From assembly GCA_016181895.1 (NCBI GenBank), contig JACOYL010000008.1, positions 8,192 through 72,191 on the forward strand: a DNA stretch of 64,000 nt, given 5' to 3'. Positions 37,812 to 48,483 of the stretch are shown piece after piece. The notes beneath the pieces were generated by a model, which saw nothing but the letters and a program-made list of their open reading frames with translations, was not told the origin of the DNA and made no database searches. This DNA is from Candidatus Pacearchaeota archaeon (GTDB lineage Archaea; Nanobdellota; Nanobdellia; Pacearchaeales; GW2011-AR1). Position 1 is the stretch's first letter, and every line of letters begins with the position of its first letter. The translations under genes were made by a program, and so were the position numbers.

Positions 37812-39953
37812 TCAAGAAACAGCCATAAAACCCATTCTGCCTTTTTGTTCTTCCCATCTAGCTCTAATCTCTAAAAGATTTTTAATGCCTAATTTTTCTC
37901 TTTCCTTAATATCTTCTATAAAAGCATTACGTACATATTCTTGCAAACCCCTTATTCTTTGAGCATAGCCTCTACCTTCTGCTAATTCAATTACAGGTAA
38001 TAATGCTCTTGGACGACCAATATATAAACTAGCGTCATTACTTACCCAAGAAATATCATCGTAGGTTATTTTATCGATATTTAATTCAGGTCTGTATGAA
38101 TCATCATCTTCAGAACGATTCGCTCTTGCAGTTGCAAAAGCTAGGTAAATCATATTCTGTAATTCCGGATAACCTTTAGCTAAACCCCTATCTTCGGCAA
38201 GTTCAATAACTGGCCACATGGCTTTTGTTGGGCTATACGCATAAATTCCAAAAAGTTTTCTTGTTGTAATTTGTTCTTCTTTAGAAGGATGTGTTATAAA
38301 TTCTGAATTGGAAGGGTGCTCTATTATTTCATATTCTCCAGTTGTTTTGTTTCTTGCTATTATTTTACTCTTATGTAACCTTCCAGGTAAATTTAATACT
38401 GGTTCATGAAGAAAAGATTTGGATCCTCCTGTCAATTTAGGTCCCTCGCTAGACTTAGATATTTGGGGGGTGATATCTTCATAAGAGGGGTGTATAAAGC
38501 CACCAGCAACACAAAGGTCTCTTATCGGAGTTCCAGGATAAGGACTTAAATGCCTTACAGCATATCTGTCTGGTTTAATTCTCCATAGTTGATCTATTGT
38601 ATCAAACATCATTTCCCTGGTTTCAAAAGGAAATCCTAAAATGTTATAGATGCTAACTTGAATCCCATTATCCATCAAAACCTTTGAAGCTGCTTCTAAT
38701 ATACCTTGTTTCATGGGTCTGTTTAGAACATTTGCACGAAGCCATTCATTTCCAGACTCCGCCCCTAAGGCAACCATTGCCACACCCATCTCCTTTAATA
38801 TTTCTACTTTTCCGGAAGATACAAATCTCCCATCTTTTATCCTTCTTACTAAATACTCCGGTCTGCTCATTGTAAAAATAGTAACATCTTTATTTGGATT
38901 TATCTCTTCTGCCCATAATGTCGCAATCTCTTCCAAATTTTTACTATTCATAGTTGGTAGATTTTCATCAATTAATTGGATATGATTAAATCCATATTTT
39001 TGTTTGTATGATTTTACCCTATTTACTATTTCTCTGGCAGAATGAAATTTATAATTAGTTGCGTGACCTTCCCCCTCTTCATTTGGTATTTCATGCAATG
39101 CGGGTTGAATACAATAACTACACTTAAATGGACAGCCCCTACTTATTTCAAAATAACCATAATTTTTTAGTTTTCCTTCAAAAGGCCTTATTCTATGTCT
39201 TGAATCAAACATGTCCCAGTTTGGATAGGGAAGATCATCCATATGTTCAATTTGATTTCCTCTCGGATTTTTAGTTACCCTACCATCATGATCTTTAAAC
39301 CAAAGACTGGGAATATTACTGACATCCTCTCCTAAATTCATCCTTTTTACAAGAGTATATAAAGATTTTTCACCATCACCAACACAAACAATATCAATTG
39401 CCTGATTTTGAATAGCTCTGTCAGGAGCAACAGTCGCATGGGGACCTCCAACAATAACAGGTATTCCAAACTCTCTCTTTGTTGGAAGTATGAATTTTGT
39501 AACGTTGTTAAATTCATAACTTGTTGATGTAAGTGCTATAAGATCAGGTCTAAATTTTTCAACTTCTTCTCTAAATCTCTCTTTTATATCAACTATTTCT
39601 CTTTGAGGATTATATCCTTCAACTTTTTTGTATTCTCCTAATTTTTCTAATACCTGCCTATCATTTTCAACTAGAGGTGAATTTATATCCCTCCAGAAAC
39701 TTGTATCAAATAGTTTTGCTTCAATTCCATTTTGCACCATCATACCCCCCAAAACAGCAAGTGCGGGATGAATAAATCCCTCCTCTAAGTCATTATGATA
39801 CACAAATAAAACTCTTGGATTTGAACCTTTACTTTTAAAGGTTATTCTAGGATGAACATTCTGTCTTGAAACTGGAAATAAATTCCTAAAATCTTCGCTT
39901 GTGTTATGCTTTGTCCTACCAAATTCTTCCTTTATCTCTTCAGTATTTTCCAT
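37812..39953 (-). CDS. Extended (713 aa) B12-binding radical SAM protein with duplicated C-terminal module
   Basis: GGPHAT, GDGE, RGCPFKCSYC, GAESG, PYPGTP; PVIELAExRG occurs twice. Confidence 0.88.
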   Translation of the reverse strand: MENTEEIKEEFGRTKHNTSEDFRNLFPVSRQNVHPRITFKSKGSNPRVLFVYHNDLEEGFIHPALAVLGGMMVQNGIEAKLFDTSFWRDINSPLVENDRQVLEKLGEYKKVEGYNPQREIVDIKERFREEVEKFRPDLIALTSTSYEFNNVTKFILPTKREFGIPVIVGGPHATVAPDRAIQNQAIDIVCVGDGEKSLYTLVKRMNLGEDVSNIPSLWFKDHDGRVTKNPRGNQIEHMDDLPYPNWDMFDSRHRIRPFEGKLKNYGYFEISRGCPFKCSYCIQPALHEIPNEEGEGHATNYKFHSAREIVNRVKSYKQKYGFNHIQLIDENLPTMNSKNLEEIATLWAEEINPNKDVTIFTMSRPEYLVRRIKDGRFVSSGKVEILKEMGVAMVALGAESGNEWLRANVLNRPMKQGILEAASKVLMDNGIQVSIYNILGFPFETREMMFDTIDQLWRIKPDRYAVRHLSPYPGTPIRDLCVAGGFIHPSYEDITPQISKSSEGPKLTGGSKSFLHEPVLNLPGRLHKSKIIARNKTTGEYEIIEHPSNSEFITHPSKEEQITTRKLFGIYAYSPTKAMWPVIELAEDRGLAKGYPELQNMIYLAFATARANRSEDDDSYRPELNIDKITYDDISWVSNDASLYIGRPRALLPVIELAEGRGYAQRIRGLQEYVRNAFIEDIKEREKLGIKNLLEIRARWEEQKGRMGFMAVS

Positions 39954-40092
39954 TTTAAGTTTTACGTCGCACCATTTTTAAAAGTATGTAATTAACTATT
40001 GTTAATTGTTTTTATAAATATTTCGGCATTTTAAAAATTTGATGTTATTTAACATAAGTTATAAAAATCCCAGAAATTAGGATAGAAAACAA

Positions 40093-41481
40093 ATGGGAAA
40101 AATATTTGTGTTGGGAATTGATGGTGCTTTTCCAGAATATATTTTTGGAGAATGGCTTGATGATTTACCGAACATTAAAAAAATGGTTAAAGAAGGATCT
40201 TATGCGAAACTTAACAGCACAATTCCCCCTTTATCTGTAACTGCTTGGTCATCTATCTACACTGGAAAATCTCCTGCTGATACAGGAATTTTTGAGTATA
40301 TTTACAGAAAAAACAATTCCTATGATGATATTCATGTTGTTACTTCCAAAAACCTTAAAGAAAAATCAATTTGGGAAATCGCTTCTGAACATGGTAAAAA
40401 ATCTATTGTTTGTTATCTTAATCTAACCTGGCCAATAAAACCATTTAATGGGTGGATGGTAAGCGATTCAATATTTGGAAGTGAAAAAGACAAAGACAGT
40501 TGTGTTTATCCTCATGAGTTAAAAAAAGAGTTGGAAAATTTTTTAGGGGAAATACCTCCGTTAGACATTGCAAGTTTTAGGGATTTTACAAAAGAAGAAA
40601 TTGTAGAAGAAGTTTATAAATTAACAGAAAAGCATATTAATTTAATGAAGTATATGTTAAAAAATAAAACATGGGATTTGTTTTTTGGGGTTATTGGGAT
40701 GAGTGATAGAATGAATCATACTTTTTGGAAGTATATGGATAAAAAACATCGAAAATATGATCCAAATTCAAAATTTAAGAATACCTTAATGGATTTTTAT
40801 AAATTTTTAGATATAAAAATTGGGGAATTTATTGATTTATTAGATGAAAATGTTAAAATAATTGTTTTGTCTGATCATGGAATAACTAGAATGCATAATA
40901 GAATTAATTTAACAGATTGGCTTATCAAAAATAAATATATGGTTTTAAAAGAATCAGTAAAAGAAAAATGCAAATTTAATCCAAAAATGGTAGATTGGGA
41001 AAAAACAAGAGTTTTTGCAATCGGGGCTTATGAGGGGCAAATTTTTATAAATCTGGAGAATCGGGAACCAAAAGGCATTGTTAAAAAGGAGGAATATGGT
41101 AAATTAATTGAAGAACTCACAATAAAATTAAAAAAAATTTTAGGGGATGATGGTAAAGAACTTAATACTAAAGTTTTCATAAAGAAGATAAATTACGATG
41201 GAAAAATGATAGCTGAAGCTCCGGATATGATTATCTATTTTGATTCGCTTGAATACGGATGTAACACTTCTTTGATAGGAAATGAAACTCTTTGGAGCCC
41301 TTCAACTGCTAAAGGTAGTGATGATGCAACACATTCGCAACAAGGGATATTTATTATGAAAGATAATAAAATTCGGAACAAAAATGTTGGGGAAGTTAAT
41401 GTAATTGATGTTGCTCCAACCATTTTAAATAGTTTAGGTTTAGAAATTCCTAATGACTTAATGGGAAAAGTAATAGAATAA
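40093..41481 (+). CDS. Type I phosphodiesterase/nucleotide pyrophosphatase-family protein
   Basis: LGIDGA, STIPPLSVTAW, DRMNH, SDHG, ATH, DVAPT. Confidence 0.9.
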   Translation: MGKIFVLGIDGAFPEYIFGEWLDDLPNIKKMVKEGSYAKLNSTIPPLSVTAWSSIYTGKSPADTGIFEYIYRKNNSYDDIHVVTSKNLKEKSIWEIASEHGKKSIVCYLNLTWPIKPFNGWMVSDSIFGSEKDKDSCVYPHELKKELENFLGEIPPLDIASFRDFTKEEIVEEVYKLTEKHINLMKYMLKNKTWDLFFGVIGMSDRMNHTFWKYMDKKHRKYDPNSKFKNTLMDFYKFLDIKIGEFIDLLDENVKIIVLSDHGITRMHNRINLTDWLIKNKYMVLKESVKEKCKFNPKMVDWEKTRVFAIGAYEGQIFINLENREPKGIVKKEEYGKLIEELTIKLKKILGDDGKELNTKVFIKKINYDGKMIAEAPDMIIYFDSLEYGCNTSLIGNETLWSPSTAKGSDDATHSQQGIFIMKDNKIRNKNVGEVNVIDVAPTILNSLGLEIPNDLMGKVIE

Positions 41482-41482
41482 A

Positions 41483-42652
41483 ATGAATGAAAAAATCGGC
41501 ATTATTGCCATGTTCAATCTTAATTCTGGTGGAGGAGCTCCAAGAGTAACTGTCGACTTGGTTAATTCATTGAATGAGATTGGAAGAAAAGTTTTCCTTC
41601 TTACCCCATTTGAATTAGACTATGGAAAAATAAAAGATTTCTATGGGGATATAAAAATTGCCAAAGTTTATACTTTAGAAAAATGGAAGGGATTTTTTGC
41701 AAGAGGCAGAGCTATGCCCAGGAATTTATTGATAAAAAAATTTCAAGAGATGGCAAAAGAAGTCGATTTTATTATTGATATTGATGGAGGGATTTTTGAG
41801 AATTATCTGCCAGAAAGTTTTGACAATTTAAAATATATAATTTGGCGAATTTCTTGTGTTAAACCTGGTTTAGAAAGACCCTGGATAAAATATAATTTTA
41901 AAAGAAAAATTAAAGAAAAAATATTAAATTTTCTAGGTGATATTGATTGTAAGCCAAGTAATAATCATAAAATATATCCTGTAGACAAATGGACCGCAAA
42001 AGAACTAAAAGAATACTGGAACATTGACTCAGAAAAAGTTTTTCTTTATCCTGAAATAAAAGTCGATGAACTTTTATCAAGGGAAAAAGTTGTCAAAAAA
42101 AACCAGATTGTTGTTTTCGGAAGAATTGATCCAAACAAAAGCATTGAAACTTCAATAGAGATTTTCGCACTAGGAACAAAGAATTTCCTAGAATACAAAT
42201 TAATAATAATGGGTGGAAAAACCGCAGACACCGAAGAGTATCTAAAAGTACTTAATGAACTTATCACAAATTTTAAGATTTCTGATAGGATTGAAATAAT
42301 AAAAAATCCACCATTTGAAGAACTAAAAAAAATTCTTCAAGAATCAAAAATAATAATTGATTCGCAAAAAGAAATAAATCTAACAATGACTTCTATAGAG
42401 GCTATGGCGGCTGGAAATGTTGTCCTAGGTTATAAGAATAGCGGGGGATTTATAGATATTTTAGATAATGGAAAATTTGGCTATGGTTTTTTGACAGAGA
42501 AAGAAGGGGGGGAGAAATTAAAAGAAATAATTGAGAAAATGAATAAGGGGGAAATTAACATAAATGCCTCAATAAAAAGAGCGCGGAGTTTCGGGAAAAA
42601 CAGGTTCATAAAAACGCTTAAGGAAATTATCTGGGAAGTAAACCAAAAATGA
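41483..42652 (+). CDS. GT4 glycosyltransferase (Alg11-like)
   Basis: GGGA, FGRIDPNK, EAMAAG, SGG. Confidence 0.82.
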   Translation: MNEKIGIIAMFNLNSGGGAPRVTVDLVNSLNEIGRKVFLLTPFELDYGKIKDFYGDIKIAKVYTLEKWKGFFARGRAMPRNLLIKKFQEMAKEVDFIIDIDGGIFENYLPESFDNLKYIIWRISCVKPGLERPWIKYNFKRKIKEKILNFLGDIDCKPSNNHKIYPVDKWTAKELKEYWNIDSEKVFLYPEIKVDELLSREKVVKKNQIVVFGRIDPNKSIETSIEIFALGTKNFLEYKLIIMGGKTADTEEYLKVLNELITNFKISDRIEIIKNPPFEELKKILQESKIIIDSQKEINLTMTSIEAMAAGNVVLGYKNSGGFIDILDNGKFGYGFLTEKEGGEKLKEIIEKMNKGEININASIKRARSFGKNRFIKTLKEIIWEVNQK

Positions 42653-43395
42653 CATACGACGAAAAATACGCAAAATATTACGACAGGTTTAACGAGGGAA
42701 AAGATTATGTAAAAGAAGTTGAATTTGTCTCGGAAGTTTTAAAGAAATTTGGGGCCAATGAAAGAAAGATTCTTGATTTGGGATGCGGAACAGGATTGCA
42801 TGAAAAGGAATTTTCAAGAAGGGGTTACGATATGATGGGTTTGGATCTCTCTGGAGAGATGATTGAAATTGCAAGTGAAAGAAACCCTAAGTGTAAATTC
42901 GTCGTCGGAGACATGTCGGATTTTTGCTTGAACGAAAAATTTGATGCAATAATATCAATGTTTTCCGCAATGGGATACCTGACTGAAAATCAGCAAATTG
43001 AAGGATTTTTTAATTCTGTTAAAAAACATTTGAAAGAAAATGGTTTACTTGTATTGGACGTGTGGAACGGGCTTGGGGTAATGAATGAACTTCCAATTTC
43101 AAGAGAGAAAAGTGCAAAGATTGGAAATTTAAAGATTGTTAGAAGAAGTTTTCCAGATTTGGATTCCAAGAACCATATTAATAAGGTAAGGTTCAATGTA
43201 AAGATTTTTGACGGTGAAAAATTAATTGAAGAATATGATGAAAATCATAAAGTCAGATTTTTCTTTCCCCAAGAATTGAAAAAATATCTTGAAGATGCAG
43301 GATTTGAATTATTACATTTGTGTCCGTCTTATGATTTAAATTCTGAATTGACAGAAAAGCATTGGAATATGATTTTGGTTGCAAGATTGAAATAG
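42649..43395 (+). CDS. SAM-dependent methyltransferase, amino-sugar N-methyltransferase-like
   Basis: AKYYD..KDY..E, LDLGCGTG, GDM, FDAIISMF. Confidence 0.82.
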   Translation: MTYDEKYAKYYDRFNEGKDYVKEVEFVSEVLKKFGANERKILDLGCGTGLHEKEFSRRGYDMMGLDLSGEMIEIASERNPKCKFVVGDMSDFCLNEKFDAIISMFSAMGYLTENQQIEGFFNSVKKHLKENGLLVLDVWNGLGVMNELPISREKSAKIGNLKIVRRSFPDLDSKNHINKVRFNVKIFDGEKLIEEYDENHKVRFFFPQELKKYLEDAGFELLHLCPSYDLNSELTEKHWNMILVARLK

Positions 43396-43444
43396 TGTGG
43401 TTAAATTACATAATGATTTTAAAGCAATTATTTATAGGAAATTA

Positions 43445-44551
43445 ATGAGATTAACAATAGCCAAGCCTGCTGTTGCTGCATTTGAAGGAGATTTGCAATC
43501 AAGTTTAATAGTTTTGGACTCAATCAAATCCGAATTTGGATTTTCAAATGGAGAATTGAAAATTAACTCCAATCTCATTTTGGATACAGGTTTTCAAGTT
43601 ATTGTCAGAGGAAAAGATCTGGAAGATTTAGGAAAATTGGAGAAAAATCTCGCGGGTTTAGGAAGGCAAATACCTAGTGCTGTTCATGCACCTTATCAAT
43701 ATGATGACCCAGATTTATGGCATACTGCTGATTTGTCGCAAGGCAGGGAAGGTTATGAAAATTTATTGAAAGTAGCAGGATTCTCTGATAATATTGGGGC
43801 AGAATCAATTGCAATACATCCAAATGCGATAAGAGAAAAATCAATGTTTTCCGATCAAAGTTACAATCATGAAAGAAGAATCCAATGTTTAGATACGGTA
43901 ATTAACAATGTATTAGAGGCGCAATCTCATACAAAAAAAGTTTCTGTTGACTTAGAAAACAAACCTTTTCCAACGACAAATGCTAATAATAGTTATGCAA
44001 CATATACTATAACACTGGGACCTTTTGAAGACATTTCAAGATATATAGGGGCAGGGGGAAAATTAACTTTTGATACCTGCCATTATGGGATTACCCGAGA
44101 AACAATAAATGGGGCAATAGAAAGATTTGGAGAAGAATTAACTAATGAGAAATTGAGAAAATTTGAAATGCTGGGTTATTTTGCAAAAGATTATGTGAAG
44201 CAACCAAGGATTGATGAAGTAATGATAAGATTTGGAAAACAAATAAATAATATTCATTTAAATGATGGTAGTATTTACAGGCCTGTTCTTGAAACAGGAA
44301 GACCTGATTCAAATAAAAGGCTTCCTCCTGCAAATGGACTACAAATATGGTGGGAAGCGTATGTTCCAGGTTATGGGGAATTGTGTGACAGCAGAATAAT
44401 TTTTCCGTGGTTGAAAGAAAATCAGAAAGATGACAGAAGGGTTTTTTTAACGTTGGAAGTCGGGGAATTCGATGGAAATTATAAAGACTCGCCAAGATTC
44501 ATGGAAAGCGCGCGTTCTATGATTAAAGATTTGACTGAGCATTTTGGATAA
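43445..44551 (+). CDS. AP-endonuclease-2/xylose-isomerase-like TIM barrel protein
   Basis: VHAP, IHP, LEN, FDTCH, IHLND, LEV. Confidence 0.75.
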   Translation: MRLTIAKPAVAAFEGDLQSSLIVLDSIKSEFGFSNGELKINSNLILDTGFQVIVRGKDLEDLGKLEKNLAGLGRQIPSAVHAPYQYDDPDLWHTADLSQGREGYENLLKVAGFSDNIGAESIAIHPNAIREKSMFSDQSYNHERRIQCLDTVINNVLEAQSHTKKVSVDLENKPFPTTNANNSYATYTITLGPFEDISRYIGAGGKLTFDTCHYGITRETINGAIERFGEELTNEKLRKFEMLGYFAKDYVKQPRIDEVMIRFGKQINNIHLNDGSIYRPVLETGRPDSNKRLPPANGLQIWWEAYVPGYGELCDSRIIFPWLKENQKDDRRVFLTLEVGEFDGNYKDSPRFMESARSMIKDLTEHFG

Positions 44552-44636
44552 AGAAATTTTATTAGAATAATTATTATTCCCATATTACATATCCAATCTT
44601 CATAAACTATTTAAGTGATTTTCATAAAAACTATTC

Positions 44637-45701
44637 ATGGATGCTTATAAAAAAAGAGCGTTGATTACAGGAGTTACAGGACAGGATGGGGCGTTTCTTG
44701 CTAAATTACTTCTTGAAAAAAATTACGAAGTTTTTGGAGTAGTGAGGAGAATTTCGACACCAAACTTTTGGAGATTAAATCATCTTGGTATCCTCGATAA
44801 AATAACATTGGTTTCCGCAGACTTGACAGATGTGCCTTCCTTGTCGGAAGCTATAAGAAGAACAAATCCCGATGAGATATATAATATGGCTGCGCAAAGT
44901 TTTGTCGGCAGTTCATTTGACCAGCCTATTCATTCAGCCTTAACTAATGGACTCGGTGTTTTGAACATAATCGAAATTGTAAGAAATCTTAAAGAATCTG
45001 TTAAAATCTATCTAGCTTCTACAAGCGAATTGTATGGGGATTCAATAAATCTTGATGGTGTACAAAATGAGGAAACACCATTTAAACCAAACTCCCCTTA
45101 TGCTTTATCAAAATTATATTCCCATGAACTTGCAAGAATTTACAGAAAAGCTTATGGCATGTTTGTTTCCGCAGGTATTTTGTTCAATCATGAATCTGAA
45201 TTGCGAGGATTGGAATTTGTAACAAGAAAAATAACCAATTCAGTCGCAAAAATCAAATTTGGTTTACAAGATGAACTAAGGCTTGGTAATCTTGAAGCGA
45301 AAAGAGATTGGGGTTATGCTCCAGACTACATGGAAGTAGTATGGCAAATTCTTCAATACCACAAACCAGATGATTTTGTAATTGCAACAAATGAAAACCA
45401 TTCAGTAAGAGAATTTGTAGAAGAAGCGTTTAAAATTGCAGGGCTTGATTGGAAACTTTATGTCAGAGTTCATGCACAACATAAAAGACCTTATGAAGTT
45501 CCTTATTTAAAAGGAGATTACTCCAAAGCAAAACGTGAATTAGGATGGAAACCAAAAACATCTTTCAAGGAACTTGTAAAATTAATGGTTGAATCTGATT
45601 TAAATAGGTGGGATAATCATCTCAAAGGAAAAATATTTTCTTGGGATGCACCAAACCATTCTGAAAATCTCAATTATTTGTACAGAGCTAAGGATTTATG
45701 A
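44637..45701 (+). CDS. gmd: GDP-mannose 4,6-dehydratase
   Basis: ITGVTGQDG, AAQSFV, GILFNHES, FVTRKI, RDWGYA. Confidence 0.95.
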   Translation: MDAYKKRALITGVTGQDGAFLAKLLLEKNYEVFGVVRRISTPNFWRLNHLGILDKITLVSADLTDVPSLSEAIRRTNPDEIYNMAAQSFVGSSFDQPIHSALTNGLGVLNIIEIVRNLKESVKIYLASTSELYGDSINLDGVQNEETPFKPNSPYALSKLYSHELARIYRKAYGMFVSAGILFNHESELRGLEFVTRKITNSVAKIKFGLQDELRLGNLEAKRDWGYAPDYMEVVWQILQYHKPDDFVIATNENHSVREFVEEAFKIAGLDWKLYVRVHAQHKRPYEVPYLKGDYSKAKRELGWKPKTSFKELVKLMVESDLNRWDNHLKGKIFSWDAPNHSENLNYLYRAKDL

Positions 45702-45707
45702 TTTAAA

Positions 45708-47357
45708 ATGCAAACTAATCTAGGTAGAAGAATAACAATGTGTAGAATGTGTGATTCAAAAGAGTTTTATGAATTTCTTGACTTAGGGTTTCTGCCTCCT
45801 GCCGACGGCATTCTTAAAAAAGAAGAATTAAACGAGCCGGAGATTTTTTTCCCGCTTAAAGTCGCTCAATGTTTGTCCTGTGGTTTGACTCAACTAACTT
45901 ACGCTGTCAATCCTGAAATTCTATATAACGAAAAATATAGTTATGAATCCTCAATAACAGAAATCGGAAAAAAACATTTTTTTGACATGGCAGATTCCAT
46001 ATGTAGAAGATTCAATTTTAGAAATGAATTAGCTATTGATATTGGAAGCAATGTCGGCGTGCTTTTGGAAGGTTTTAAAAGAAACGGGTTAAAAGTTCTT
46101 GGAATAGATGCTGCGCCAAAAATAGTGGAAATTGCAAACAGAAGGGGGATAGAAACATGGAGAGCGTTTTTCAATTCTGAAACTGCAAAAAAGATATTGG
46201 AACAAAAAGGAAAAGCAAAAATTATCACAGGGACAAATGTTTTTGCACACATTGACGACAAAAAAGGATTAATGGATGGTGTAAATCTTCTTCTGGAAGA
46301 TGACGGAATTTTTGTAATTGAAGCACCTTATTTTGTAGATCTTGTGGAAAATCTGGAATACGACACTATTTACCTTGACCATCTGGAATATCTTTCCGTA
46401 AAGCCATTGGTAAATTTTTTTGAAAAAAATGGGATGGATGTTTTTGATGTTGAAAGATATGAAATCCACGGAAAATCAATAAGAGTTTTTGTTGGAAGAA
46501 AAAATTCAAGAAGGGTTTCAGAAAATGTCGGAAAATTATTAAAATTAGAAGAAGATAGAGAAATTTACAGAAAAGAATTTTTGGATAATTTCTCTAAGAA
46601 AATTAATGAACATAGGAAAGAATTTCTTGATTTATTGATTGATTTGAAAAAACAGGGAAAGAAAGTAATAGGAATAAGCGCGCCAGCCAAAGCGAATACA
46701 ATTTTAAATTATTGCAAAATCGATAGTAATATAATAGACTATATGACTGAAAAATCAAAATTAAAACCCGGACATTACACCCCTGGAATGCACATTCCAA
46801 TTATTGAAGAGGAAACAGCGCTTAAAGAGAAAGTTGATTATGGAATAATTTTTGCCTGGAATTTTGCGAAAGAAATAATAGAAAATAGTATAGAATTTAC
46901 AAGAAGAGGAGGAAAGTTTATAATACCTATTCCCAAACCAAAGATAATGGGAAACGAAGATAATTTATTCGGCGTTCAGATTAAAAAAATCGGAGTTGAT
47001 TTTATGGATGAAAGAGGGATGATTTCTGATTTATTGAACAAGCAGATAAATCATGTCGGATTAATTACAACCGAAGTTGGAGCTCAAAGAGGTCCGCATT
47101 ATCACAAACTCTCAATTCAAGACTCTTATATTTTATCTGGAAGATTTGAAGTTACGCTTGCTCCAGCAAATAATCCAAAAAATTCAAAAAAAATCATTTT
47201 AAACTCTGGAGAAATGATAACAATTCCTCCTCTTGTGATTCATGGATTCAAGGCCATGGATAGAGCAATAATGATTGACATGTCGCAAACGAGAGGAGAA
47301 ACGGGATATGAAAGCGATGTGGTAAGAATAAGCTTGGAAGAAATGGAACAAAAATAA
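45708..47357 (+). CDS. NDP-hexose C3-methyltransferase fused to a C-terminal FdtA/RmlC-like cupin
   Basis: Zn-binding CRMC...CLSCG, DIGSNVG, NVFAH, GMHIPI, FAWNF, IPIP; then DERG..RGPHYH. Confidence 0.88.
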   Translation: MQTNLGRRITMCRMCDSKEFYEFLDLGFLPPADGILKKEELNEPEIFFPLKVAQCLSCGLTQLTYAVNPEILYNEKYSYESSITEIGKKHFFDMADSICRRFNFRNELAIDIGSNVGVLLEGFKRNGLKVLGIDAAPKIVEIANRRGIETWRAFFNSETAKKILEQKGKAKIITGTNVFAHIDDKKGLMDGVNLLLEDDGIFVIEAPYFVDLVENLEYDTIYLDHLEYLSVKPLVNFFEKNGMDVFDVERYEIHGKSIRVFVGRKNSRRVSENVGKLLKLEEDREIYRKEFLDNFSKKINEHRKEFLDLLIDLKKQGKKVIGISAPAKANTILNYCKIDSNIIDYMTEKSKLKPGHYTPGMHIPIIEEETALKEKVDYGIIFAWNFAKEIIENSIEFTRRGGKFIIPIPKPKIMGNEDNLFGVQIKKIGVDFMDERGMISDLLNKQINHVGLITTEVGAQRGPHYHKLSIQDSYILSGRFEVTLAPANNPKNSKKIILNSGEMITIPPLVIHGFKAMDRAIMIDMSQTRGETGYESDVVRISLEEMEQK

Positions 47358-47362
47358 TTTTG

Positions 47363-47845
47363 TCAATTAGGATTTTTTAAGCCGTCTGTTATCATAGCCG
47401 TTTTCTTCAAGAATTTAAAGAATTCTTGATAGTCTCCATTTTCATCGGGAGAACTTGGAAGATTTTTTTTAAATCTGTCCGGATTAAAAGGACCTTGTGT
47501 AACAAACCAAATTGCGGAATCCTTTTCAAGTGAAACAACTGTATAATAAGTCTCTGCGGGAAGGAACATATAAGGCGATTCACGAGTTAGAATTTGTCCT
47601 TTTCCAACGTTTGCAGATTCATCAAGAACAAGAGAGCACAATTTTCCAGAATACCAAATTATATGTTCATCGCTGTAACGGAAGTGAGGTCTTATGTAAC
47701 TATCAGGCTGAATAACATTTAAACCAAGTTGAGGCCCGAAATAAGAATCTTCTTGAAAATTTTTTGCGGACCTTTTTCTTTTAGTGTTTTTAGAAGTCTC
47801 AAATAATTCCGTTAGTTCTTTTTTAGGAAGACTGAAAAGTGTCAT
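47363..47845 (-). CDS. WbuC-like cupin-fold protein
   Basis: RKRS, NVIQPDSYIRPH, QGPFNP. Confidence 0.75.
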   Translation of the reverse strand: MTLFSLPKKELTELFETSKNTKRKRSAKNFQEDSYFGPQLGLNVIQPDSYIRPHFRYSDEHIIWYSGKLCSLVLDESANVGKGQILTRESPYMFLPAETYYTVVSLEKDSAIWFVTQGPFNPDRFKKNLPSSPDENGDYQEFFKFLKKTAMITDGLKNPN

Positions 47846-47951
47846 ATCCAAAAGAAAAAAATTGTATTTAAAAGAATTTATATTGTTGTAGATATAATAT
47901 ATATTATCCAAATATAATAATGCTTAAAAAAGAAATCACGATAGAGTTTTT

Positions 47952-48482
47952 ATGGAACCTCAAAAACCAACGAAAAGAGATTATTCAGTTGGAATAATTC
48001 TAAGTCCCAGTAATGGTGTTCTGTTGCAAAAAAAAGGCGAAGGTTATCCTTGGAAAAACAGTGAAACTTGGTGGAGTGGAGGAAAGGGGCCTGGTCAGGG
48101 TTCATGGATTCCTTCTTCAAGTGGGGCATATTATTTCGGTCTTTTTGGTGGAGGAATGAAAGATGGGGAAACCTCAGAGCAAACATTTGCAAGAGAGAAA
48201 AGAGAAGAGGGATTGGAACTGTTATCTGGAAAAGCCAAAGATTTTTTGAGCCAGGAATTTGCAGAAAGAACCTCTGTAAGAATGAGAGAAGGCACATTAA
48301 ATTATTTTGTTGTGAGATTTGATGGAAACATAAAAAATTTCAGGGATAAAGAAGCTGCAGGACTTGTACTTGCTTGTGAAGAAGAAGTTCGCGGTTATTT
48401 TGGCGGGATGATATTCAAGCCAAATCTTGATGCAATACTTACCCTTTATGATAGTTTGAAAGAAGGAATTTTCCAAGTTTGA
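47952..48482 (+). CDS. Nudix hydrolase
   Basis: FGGGMKDGETSEQTFAREKREE Nudix box. Confidence 0.8.
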   Translation: MEPQKPTKRDYSVGIILSPSNGVLLQKKGEGYPWKNSETWWSGGKGPGQGSWIPSSSGAYYFGLFGGGMKDGETSEQTFAREKREEGLELLSGKAKDFLSQEFAERTSVRMREGTLNYFVVRFDGNIKNFRDKEAAGLVLACEEEVRGYFGGMIFKPNLDAILTLYDSLKEGIFQV

Positions 48483-48483
48483 A

